Positions 1 to 9,040 of a stretch of DNA of 22,922 nt are shown in pieces. Within the stretch, counting starts at the first letter, position 1, and each line of letters opens with the position of its first letter. Source of the DNA: Elsinoe ampelina (taxonomy: Eukaryota). The stretch is from NCBI GenBank assembly GCA_010093995.1, contig ML992506.1, positions 1,479,617 through 1,502,538 on the forward strand, written 5' to 3'. Position numbers and translations under genes: made by a program. The notes beneath the pieces were generated by a model. It had not been told where the DNA came from and did not search any database. It worked only from the letters and a program-made list of their open reading frames with translations.

Positions 1-1185
1 ACCTTCGATGTATCGCGCAAAGAGATCACCAATATCTCGAAGCTTCTTGGGCTGACCCCAGAGCTTGCGGTTCTGCTCGTTGGTACCCCTCAGACCGATA
101 CCGTAAGCGTCAAGCTCTCCATACGCGGGAGATCGACTGTCTCCCCATCTGCCGTTCGGAAATTCATCCCACTCCTGGGTACGGGCAATGTATGATCGAT
201 TTCGATTGCGCCAGAAGATCGGTCGTACATTCTCCTCGCGACGCTTGAGACCAAGTGACTGCCGCCATGGCAGGGGCTTTTCTACCGGTGACTCTGCGCA
301 AGGCATGATTCCAAGTTCTTCAAGAACCATGCGTGAAGCTTGTGCCAGATTCATGGTGTAGAAATGGAGATGGTATATGCCGTTGTCGATCAGCTGCCGG
401 CACAAGTCCGCGATCAAGCCTTTACCCACCTCTCGTACCGCAGCATCGTCATTCTTGACAGGCTCAAGGGCTTTGATCCATGCCTCGGGGATGTGACATT
501 TGCTCCAATTGGCGCGACGCAAAAAAGCGGCATGGGTGTGAATTGGCATGATACCAGGGATGATTGGAACATTGATACCAGCAGCCCTGCATTTTTTGAC
601 CCAGTCGATGAAGATGTCGCCGTCGTAGAACATTTGGGTCACTACGAACGTGCCTCCGGCATCAATCTTCTCCTTCAAGTGCTCGACGAGCAATTCCTGG
701 TCGCGGTGGTCGTCACAGCCCTCGGGGTATCCGGCAACGCCAATGTCGAAGTGATCACCGTAGGTCTCTTTGATGTACTTGACCAGGTCCTTAGCATACC
801 TGAATCCACCAGATGCAGCTTCCCACTTCTCTTTCTCTCGAGGCGGGTCGCCTCTTAGTGCGAGAATGTTTGTGCAGCCAGCATTGTAAGCATCTCGGAG
901 TGCTTCGTCAATTTTGGACCTCGGCATGTCGGTGCAGGTCAAATGCATGCATGTCTCCAGGCCGTAGACTGACTGGGCAACTTTGACCATCTCGGTAGTG
1001 AGGTGGGAGAGGTGACCGCCGGCACCCCAGGTGACATCGATAAAGGTTGGGCCGAAGTCGTGCATACGGTCCATGCGGTCGTAGAGGTTCTGGACACCCT
1101 GAGCGGTCTTGGGAGGGAAGAATTCGAAGGAGAAGGTAGGTCGTTGCTCCTCGGCCGACTGGCGGAGCTTGGGTGAGATGTGCAT
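1..1185 (-). CDS. MET13: Methylenetetrahydrofolate reductase (Met13-type), 3' end outside the window
   Basis: The minus strand from the ATG at 1185 reads MHISPKLRQSAEEQRPTFSFEFFPPKTAQGVQNLYDRMDRMHDFGPTFIDVTWGAGG...LETCMHLTCTDM...NILALRGDPP, the catalytic barrel. Near the left edge it reads RTQEWDEFPNGRWGDSRSPAYGEL, the eukaryotic SAM-binding regulatory domain. It is missing from the ORF track, consistent with no stop codon falling inside the window. Confidence 0.95.
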   Translation of the reverse strand, partial: MHISPKLRQSAEEQRPTFSFEFFPPKTAQGVQNLYDRMDRMHDFGPTFIDVTWGAGGHLSHLTTEMVKVAQSVYGLETCMHLTCTDMPRSKIDEALRDAYNAGCTNILALRGDPPREKEKWEAASGGFRYAKDLVKYIKETYGDHFDIGVAGYPEGCDDHRDQELLVEHLKEKIDAGGTFVVTQMFYDGDIFIDWVKKCRAAGINVPIIPGIMPIHTHAAFLRRANWSKCHIPEAWIKALEPVKNDDAAVREVGKGLIADLCRQLIDNGIYHLHFYTMNLAQASRMVLEELGIMPCAESPVEKPLPWRQSLGLKRREENVRPIFWRNRNRSYIARTQEWDEFPNGRWGDSRSPAYGELDAYGIGLRGTNEQNRKLWGQPKKLRDIGDLFARYIEG

Positions 1186-1947
1186 GTTGAGTGAGTGACG
1201 TGAAGGGAGGGTTGGGTAGGTCGGTGATGTGCTAGGACTGTCAGTCAGCTGTTTCTCAGACTCGCTTGACCACGCTTGACCATAGCAGCATACCTTTGAC
1301 AATCTCGTGAATGTGCTTGCCGGTCAAGGGCGTCTCTGTCCTCGCTTGGGTGACACAAATCGAATCACCTCTCTGAGTGATGGCGGGGCAAAGAAAACCT
1401 CTTAACCAAAGTATCGCTTGCGGGCCCAACGATCTGCGAGATATCGCTGCATATGGGTACCGATGGAGTAAAGTCCAGGTGAGCAGGAGTGAGATTGAAC
1501 AATCAGAAATGATTGAACACCATGGGAAGGTTTGACAGGACGTTTGGCAAAGAGGCAGGTCCACAGTCGACTGTTCGGCGAATCGAGGCCAGCGTCGAGC
1601 CAAGGGATTTTCTGCCTCTTTGCTCTTCAAGCAGAAACCCCCACGTTTGCCTGTGGAAAATCGTCAGAGGAATCTCACTTCCGGTCCCTCTTTTCCCGTA
1701 GCGGCTCGCGCTAGAATCTCATAGCCGCGCACACGAAGATTCCGATTCGCCACATTCTCTCATTTCCTTCTCAAACTATCCTGATTGGTTCTAGCGCGAT
1801 TTGCAGCTGCCAGACGTCTGGGGTCCCGAAGTGACTTCTTCCACGCTGCTAAGCTGCTTCACATCCGTGTGCCACCGCACAAAACTCCCCTCGACCTGGT
1901 CGGACAATTTACGCAGACCACCCACTCCATTGTGCCGGTCCAGCGCC

Positions 1948-2715
1948 ATGCCTGCCTCGGCACCCGACCGCCGCCGCATCGTGGGCACGTCCCTGAAGAT
2001 GTACTTTGACCTGCCGGGGACACTCTCATACGTAAAATCAGTCGCCGAGTTGTCCGGCCTGGCGTCCCAGCTAAACGTCGACCTCTTCGTCATTCCCGAT
2101 TTCGTGTCACTCTTGCCATCGCAGGATCTGCTCAAGGACACAAAGGTCCAGCTTGGCGCACAGGATACCTTCTGGGAGTCGAGAGGGGCGTATACTGGCG
2201 AAGTCAGTCCGTTGAATTTGGCTCAAGCAGGGGTCAAGATCGTGGAGATCGGTCATGCTGAGCGCCGGCGGATCTTCCACGAGACGGACGAAGAGGTCGC
2301 TAAGAAGGCCGCTGCCATTGTGGCGAATGGCATGACGCCGCTTGTGTGTATCGGCGAGAAAAGCCATGGTCAGGTGGCGAGCCAAGCTGTCGGGATGGCT
2401 ATCAATGAATGCGGTCCGCAGATTCAAGCTGTGATCAAGTCAGTACCGGATGAAGCAGAAGTCATCTTTGCCTACGAGCCTGTCTGGGCCATAGGCGCAG
2501 CAGAACCAGCACCAGGCGACCATGTAGTTGCCGTCACGCAGCAGCTGCGCAAGCTCGTTGAGCACCGGAAAGGACTCACTCGGATTCTGTATGGGGGTAG
2601 TGCTGGACGTGGTACTTTTCTGAACCTCAAGGATGGTGTGGACGGACTCTTCCTTGGCAGATTCGCTCATGACGTGAACAACCTCGGGCAGGTCATCAAG
2701 GAAATGGCATTATGA
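1948..2715 (+). CDS. Triosephosphate-isomerase-family protein, non-glycolytic EryH/LerI-like (erythrulose-phosphate isomerase-like) subtype, 255 aa, intronless
   Basis: First ATG at 1948 (the track's TTG start at 1801 is unlikely). TIM motifs: GAQD, GAYTGEVS, GHAERR (catalytic His), CIGE, AYEPVWAIG (catalytic Glu), YGGS. It has GTSLKMY and DGLFLGRFAH where canonical TPI1 has GNWKMN and DGFLVGGASL. Confidence 0.88.
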   Translation: MPASAPDRRRIVGTSLKMYFDLPGTLSYVKSVAELSGLASQLNVDLFVIPDFVSLLPSQDLLKDTKVQLGAQDTFWESRGAYTGEVSPLNLAQAGVKIVEIGHAERRRIFHETDEEVAKKAAAIVANGMTPLVCIGEKSHGQVASQAVGMAINECGPQIQAVIKSVPDEAEVIFAYEPVWAIGAAEPAPGDHVVAVTQQLRKLVEHRKGLTRILYGGSAGRGTFLNLKDGVDGLFLGRFAHDVNNLGQVIKEMAL

Positions 2716-2866
2716 TTGCACCGCGCTGAAGTCGGATGCTGCACATGTTGACGAGAAACGGCCGAGCACTACTGAAATGGTAGTTGAGATTACGCCTGAG
2801 TTCAGGCTGTCCATTTTGTACAGTATTTACAATACAGCCCAGTTCCCTTCCATGTCACTCATGATA

Positions 2867-5709
2867 CTACTCAGTAACACTTTGTTCGTGCCTTGCGCTT
2901 GGCAGCGAACCGTCGCCGGAGCGGTGCTTTCCACCACGTCCTGCGGTGGCAGGCTGCAGCAGCGTCTTCTCGGCTTTTTGCATAACGATCTCGTTCCATT
3001 GAGTGCTACCAGTCCTGTGAGGACTTTTCAGAGGGTTTCGAATCCAGCGGTCCTCCTGGCGCTTTGGTGTCTTGTCTTCATCACTCGATTGGGCGGACTT
3101 CGCATTGTAGAGCGGTCTGACTGGTCCTTGATTGGCCAACGAAAGAAAATTGGCCATCGATAATGCTCTTCGAACGAAGCCTAGCAAATTGTCGCTCCTG
3201 GAGCCTTGCCGCAAACTGAAATCGAGGCGCTTGCCTCCCGTCGTGCCGGCTTCTACGTCTTCCATGGTCCAGATGTCGGAGTCGTTGACTATCGGCTCTG
3301 GCAGCTCGCGGCTTGGTCCGACTTGTCTTGTCTCGCGCATCTCGAAGCCGGCGAAATAGTAGAGGGCCTCTTGTTCGTCCACTGTCAACTTGACCGTTTC
3401 TGTCTTGGGATTGGGCCTTCCGCTGGATTTGTCGGGCTTTCCCTTCCCTTTCCTGGGCTTTTCGGCACTCGAAGGTGTATCTAATGGCCAGAGGCTCGGA
3501 ACTGACAGCGATAGGAATTTTGGTGCTCGCAAATTTGCCTTGCCTTTCATGCTGTTCGCAATCGCCTCGACATAACCTCTCGAGTGCTCAAGTGCCATAA
3601 ATTGATCTTTGTCGACAGTAGCCCTGACTGACCGGGAGAACTCGAGATCCACAGGACTTTTCGGCAGACAAGGAACGACGAGATCTTGTCGAAGGACTGC
3701 ATCGATCGAGGACAGCACAAGCCGTTTATTCCCTGGTATAGCGTAAGAATATTTTTCCATCCCTTGTTCATTCGAAGGCAATCCTAATCCTACTTCTACG
3801 TCCGAAGACTTTCGGACATCAAAGCATATTTCGAGATCGGGGTAGGAAGAGCGCCTCGAAGCGAAGTTCTCAGAATGAGGTGACGGTATCAGCTTGACAA
3901 TCAGTCGATCTTTGACGTTTGTCAAGGGCGCTATCTGGTCAGGCGATAGCTTGTCGAACCATGTTGAAACAGTAGGCAGTCTCGGTATTGTGGAAGAAAA
4001 GTATTGCTGGGCCTTCTCTGGCTCCTTTTTGGTCTGACTTTCTTCTAGCTGAGTGCCGAATCTGACACGCCAGAGTGATGGCTGTTGCGGTATCATCCAC
4101 ATTTTGGCGCGCGAGACGGGGTCGATGCGCTGCAACTGTTGCTGAAGTGCATGGTCCGATTGCTCCAGTAATTTGTGTACACGCGCATCTTGGTGTTTGA
4201 AATCCGAGACCTGTGCGACAAGTTGTTCTCCAGAGATGCTTTGACCGTTGCCGCTCGACTTGTCAAATTTCTCAGACGCTTCGTCATATCTACGGGCCTT
4301 TGTTACTTCACGCCTTAGTGAAAGATGTCGCAAGTGCAAAGGAACATCGGAGGGTTGGCACACAAGCTTTCCGTGCCCATCGTTTGGCTTGTCAATTGTC
4401 AGGTTGCAAGGCGTTTGCAAACCAAGCATCATGGTAACCATGCGCAGTGCTTCGTCAAGTGCAGCGCCCTTGAATGCTGCGACCCATATCTAGTGAGGTC
4501 AGCATGGTTGACCAAGTAGTGAGCTGCGAATAGCCTTACCATCGATCTCTGCATGCTGTGAGTCACGGAAGCGCCAGTCAGCAGCTCGATCTCTTGCTTT
4601 GCTCTTGGGGTAAACTTTGCGATCGTATCCTCGATAGAGGTAGGCAGTACATCCTTTAGCGGCTCCAGGTTGACTCGATGAACTAGACTGCTGCTGAAAG
4701 CCGACTGGAAATGCTGTGCGAGTGCTTCGGCTTCTTGACGTGGGCCTCGAACTCGCAAAGCTCCTCGCTTTGAATCGTGCTCCAGCCGAACACGTCTGAA
4801 GAAGACGCCCTTCCTCAGTATCCCGAACAAGTCTCTGGCAGCCCTGGTATGTAACATCTTCCATTGTGGCCGGGTCAGCAGAATTTCCAGCTCGCCTAAC
4901 GTGTCTTGCTCTTCAATGATTTGCAGATTCCAGGCATTTCGGAAAACCTGGTCGACCAAGTCCCATTTCTTGAATGGCAGCTTCTCAGGGGGTTCCTCAA
5001 GTTGCGTGGGGAGTGGCTCGTGGACACTAGTAGTCGACTTGAACCACGGGGTGACGGTGATGAAACTCGGGTTGTTGACTTCGTCTTTGGTATGCTTCCG
5101 TGATGTGGTCCGCGATTTGTCTAATATTGAAAGCTGCTGTTTATGTTTCTTCAAATACTTCTTGAGCTGCGGTGCAGTATGGGCGCCCGCCAAGGCCTTT
5201 TGTTTTGCGTTCCATACTGGTTTAATGAGCTCGCGCTCTTCCGGCCGGTGCTGTTCGATCGCGGCGAAGATTTCGGATTCTCGAGGGTTGGCCCCTTTCA
5301 CCAGCAGCCTCTCAATGTCCACAGTAGTTTCTGCCGCCTTTGACTCTGCATCGTCATCCTCCTCCACAGTTTCCCTAGAATCGTGCCGGGGTTCTGATGG
5401 ATCCTCCGCTACGTCTCGCAAGACGATGATGTCCGACTCTTGGTCAAGGGACTTGATCTTCAGGCGTTCGGCATCTGCTCGCTGGCGTCGACCTTTCTTG
5501 CCAATTAAGTTTTGATCAGGTCCCAAGTTCCTCCAATAGTACCCATGCGCATCTGCCTTAGCTGCATTTCGTGGTCGTGGAAGCTCAATTTCGGTCGACG
5601 CGAAGCGACGATTGGTTTTCGTCGAGAGTGCAAGGAGATCACGCCGTAGACGTTGATGGAACCTGCATCGTGCACAAGTAAATGCGCTTCGAGCGGCAGG
5701 TGCACTCAT
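2867..5709 (-). CDS. Mitochondrial inner-membrane-bound regulator SLS1-like protein, about 930 aa; exons 5709-4540 and 4489-2867
   Basis: Track ORFs 4429..5781 and 2867..4441 are joined in frame by a 50-nt intron at 4539-4490 (GTAAGG...GCTGAC...CTAG). The ATG at 5709 gives an Arg-rich presequence-like N-terminus (MSAPAARSAFTCARCRFHQRLRR). The motifs IIVLRD, HTAPQLKKYL and VFRNAWNLQIIEE..GELEI resemble fungal SLS-domain proteins as I recall them. Confidence 0.75.
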
Positions 5710-6017
5710 GTACAAATATCCGATGTGGGAGACAGCAGGTCGATCACCAGAAGAGGTGGCTCGAAGCAGAGAAGACGACACTCCCGAGTGACATTTTTCG
5801 CAGCTGTCGATCGCAGGTGGATCTCGCGCTACCCCAGATTACTTGGCAACCTTAATTTGTGGAGCGGCTGCAGCCTGTCATCATCCCGAGCCGCTTCCGT
5901 CCTGTCCCTCTCTGCCATCTCATCTTTGACTTTAACATCGTTGCATATGAACCCATTGCTATGCAAGTGGGACACGGGCCGTCAACCATGTTGCGATAAC
6001 AGAATCCTGTGACCAAC
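5710..6017. promoter_or_regulatory. Short divergent (probably bidirectional) promoter region between the SLS1-like and NT-C2 genes
   Basis: 308-bp gap between two head-to-head ATGs (5709 on minus, 6018 on plus). No specific binding site was identified. Confidence 0.5.
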
Positions 6018-7329
6018 ATGCAGTCTTTCGGTGAGTACTCTTTCTTCCATGTCTAGGAGACGCTCCTCTTTCTTTGAAACCCTGATCGGTGCTGATCTTC
6101 CAGTCCCTAAGAACAGGAGGGTATAATCGCATTCCTTCACGTCTTTCGAGCCCAACATCTGACACATCCTGCAGCCGAAGTTTGATCTAGTCTTCCGAGT
6201 GCACGATCTCAACAATGTTCCCCTCGTGTCCGGCACATCGCTAATCAAATGGCACTTGCCCTCTTCCACATCCGCGGAACATCGAGGCAAGACGCCCAAG
6301 TATACGATCAAAGATCACAAAGTCGTATATGACTATGAGAAGTCAATACAAGTACGACTGGTGATTGGCAAGGATGGGCACTTGCAAGAGTCGATCATAA
6401 ACTTTGAGGTATTGCAGGAGTACCAGTCATCTGGCCGGAGCGAGCGTATCACCCTTGGAATCATCAAGCTGAATCTGGCCGAGTATGTCGACACTGGACA
6501 ACATGATCAGACCGAAGGGGGTTCGATCACTCGGCGATACCTCATGCAAGAGAGCAAGATCAATAGTACCTTGAAGATTGAGATATCCATGAAGCATCTC
6601 GAAGGAGACAAGAACTATACCGCGTAAGCATTTCTCTGGAAACATCCACGAGTCTCCTACTGATACATTTGAAGCCCACCGCTCCGTACAGCGCCAGTAT
6701 TTGGCGGCATTGCTGGCATCATCTCTACCGAGGCCGCTGACGCCCCGGAAGAAGGAGTGCACATGCCGTCATTGTCCAGCAAGTCCCGTGAGAATGGCGA
6801 GCTACAAGATATGTATCGCCGCACTCTTGCAGCATCGTGGTCAGCTCAGCCGGGGGAACCACGAGCCGATGAGTGTATCGAAGACATCTTCGCTGGTGGC
6901 GATGGTTGGGGATCGCGAACACCCAAGAACGACTCTAGCAGAGCAGTCACGCCAACACAGAGCCGAATGAATATACGGGACGATAGTGATGACGAACATG
7001 GAGGTCTGAGCCGCGATAGTAGTACCAGCAACCTCTCCAGCGTTTTCGGTAGGCACAGGCACAAGTGGAGTCCGAGCAAGCATCACAGCAGGAAAGCCGC
7101 GTCGCCCAGCATCTTCGGCAGCAGGGATCTCAAGGAGAGACATTCGGCAAGCATGCTCAAGCCAGCTGGCGTTAGTGGGCGCACGAGTCTGGAACAGCAG
7201 GTGCGGAAGATGGAAAGGGCAGGAGGGGTAAATCTGGGCGCAAAGAAAAGAAGGCACGAGATCGACGAGTTTGACAATCCATACAAAGAAGATCTCAGAA
7301 GCTGGAGGATAAGGGGTAATGTGGTATGA
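6018..7329 (+). CDS. NT-C2 (EEIG1/EHBP1 N-terminal C2) domain protein, about 377 aa; exons 6018-6030, 6104-6120, 6175-6623, 6675-7329
   Basis: Three GT-AG introns (GTGAGT..CAG, GTATAA..CAG, GTAAGC..AAG) give one frame: MQSFVPKNRRPKFDLVFRVHDLNNVPLVSGTSLIKWHL...LGIIKLNLAEYV...RRYLMQESKINSTLKIEI...YTAPPLRTAPVFGGIAG...ADECIEDIFAGGDGW...EDLRSW. This matches the conserved fungal NT-C2 family. Confidence 0.9.
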
Positions 7330-7820
7330 TGCTATGAAAAACGAGTATCCATCTCACTTCCAGAACGAGTTGGTGTCGATGTTGGAAGCGATGCTGATGA
7401 TGCCTTTGCTGTCCTTTCCGGCAGTGACGTTTTTGATGGACTGGTTCCTGCATTCTGCCAAACTCCAATGTGGCGCTCGGACAACGGCCGGGGGGATTGC
7501 GGTGATCTGGTAGCTCATGACGGTTGGGAAGGGCTGAATCATGACAGCAGTACAAGCCTTTTCAGGCGCCTTCCATTCCGCGTCTCTCATCAAGACATGT
7601 ACGGCCCTTGACTCACTGCCGAACGTAGCACATGTTTCCCCCCTTCGTCCCTCTGGCACGACATCACTGAACTAGGAACCATCATCACCTGGACGGCTTC
7701 CTTTAGACAGGAGTGTATCGCCATCAAGAAATTAGGGTGAACAGCAGGATATCTTCTTTTTGAAGACGACATATGAAGTCGCCCCTTCGCATCAGAATAG
7801 GGTATGGAGGCAAGGGAAGA

Positions 7821-7874
7821 TACCATAGAAGGACTTGTTACCATAGAAGGACTTGTTACCATAGAAGGACTTGT
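7821..7874. repeat. Perfect tandem repeat, 18 bp x 3 (TACCATAGAAGGACTTGT)
   Basis: Three identical head-to-tail copies start at 7821, 7839 and 7857. Confidence 0.95.
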
Positions 7875-8005
7875 ATCAGCTTGCTGCTTAGACTTGTTGG
7901 GAAGCCGCCGACAACTTTGATACCAATGCTGGACTATGCGTTATCCTTCTGCCCTATTCTGCGCGGCTGTGCCATTCTCCTCTGATGTCGAGGAATAGTG
8001 TCCTT

Positions 8006-8801
8006 TCAGGATTCGCTAACCTGCGCTCTGTCCAACAATTCAACCAGCGTTTCTGTCTCCGCCTTTGCGTCCGAGCCACCCTGCTGTGCTTGAGCGATTG
8101 GTGGCGCTTCGAGAATGTTATATCCCTCGAGAGCCGAAAGAGCGACAGCGCTGTGGTCATGTCAGCGGATTCCTGAGCAAGTTCCGGTCATGAGCAAAAT
8201 AGACCTTGACATCACGTCGCGCTTCATCACTCTGGACAGCTCCCGCAAGTGAGCTTCGTACATATCTCTAGACCAATTCACTTGATCCCTGGTCATGTAA
8301 GTGACTCCGCATATCAGGGGGCGGGGAGTGGATACATCTTGTTGACGGCAAACAGACATGCCGTGTGCTCATTGACCTTTTCAAGCTGCGTGGAAGACTC
8401 TACAAATTCTGCGGAGCTCTGCGGGCTTGAGGTAGCGTCGAGGACGAATAGTGTCGTGTCGCATGGAGACGAGTCTTCAAATCATGAGCAGTGATGGATT
8501 GAGCGGCTAAGACCAATTCTCCTTCTTACCTGTGATCCGCCAAACCATAGATTTGGTTTCAAATCCTGCTTCGACGCCCTGTGCTTCCAAAAAAGGGGGT
8601 ATCTGTTCGTATCTCTTCGCTCCATGTTTCTCTAATTTACCAAGTAGTGACAGATCCATGCCCAGCTATCTCGTGTCAGTCCGGCTAAAAGTTGACAACC
8701 CGTCCTCTGAGCCGCACCTTATACACTAAGCATCCTTGCAGAGTCTTCTTTCCGGAACCAGAAGGCCCAACCAGCAGCAAGTCGTTAATTTGTCGGGTCA
8801 T
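8006..8801 (-). CDS. Degenerate eEF1A/HBS1-like G-domain-only protein (putative pseudo-GTPase), 195 aa; exons 8801-8718, 8665-8530, 8474-8336, 8288-8205, 8150-8006
   Basis: Four GT-AG introns (52, 55, 47, 54 nt) give one open frame: MTRQINDLLLVGPSGSGKKTLQGCLVYKLGMDLSLLGKLEK...GFETKSMVWRITDSSPCDTTLFVLDATS...LFAVNKMDQVNWSRDMYE...VALSALEGYNILE...TLVELLD. By eye it is colinear with eEF1A ([33 protein letters not shown]...FETPKY...AINKMD..WS...PISGWNGDNMLE...TLLEAID). The intron 4 donor (GTCTAT) is the weakest splice site. Confidence 0.8.
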
Positions 8802-9040
8802 TTTGAGCCTGGTGACAAGGAGCAGCACTGAAGAGCTGTAATAAGAAGCAAAGAAAGTGGAGGGAAGCTAAGATGATAAATTGGCGTCGAACGTGGGGCG
8901 GACAGATCATTTCACGTGATGAGCGCCGGATCAAATATTCTAGAAGGTAGCAGAAGGTGGTTCATGAAACTTCCTATACGTTTTGCGTTATAACATGATG
9001 ATCATGTATTTGCCTGGTCTATTGAACACCCATTCCTCGA

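Noticed and set aside
340..858. 172-aa plus-strand ORF
   Set aside because: Antisense shadow of the MTHFR coding sequence, with a non-ATG start and no motifs.
1801..1947. N-terminal extension of the TIM-like ORF from a TTG start
   Set aside because: Non-ATG start in a eukaryote; TIM homology begins just after the ATG at 1948.
7295..7862. Several short minus-strand ORFs (86, 101 and 90 aa) as a possible gene or as domains II/III of the pseudo-eEF1A
   Set aside because: No recognisable motifs, no similarity to eEF1A barrel domains and no convincing splice path. The MVTSPS repeat only reflects the 18-bp DNA repeat.
7821..7874. CRISPR-like array
   Set aside because: The repeats are contiguous with no spacers, the context is eukaryotic, and there are no cas genes.
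8912..8919. TCACGTGA palindrome (bHLH/Cbf1-type E-box) about 110 bp upstream of the pseudo-eEF1A ATG
   Set aside because: A single 8-mer can occur by chance in 23 kb; it cannot be supported without conservation data.
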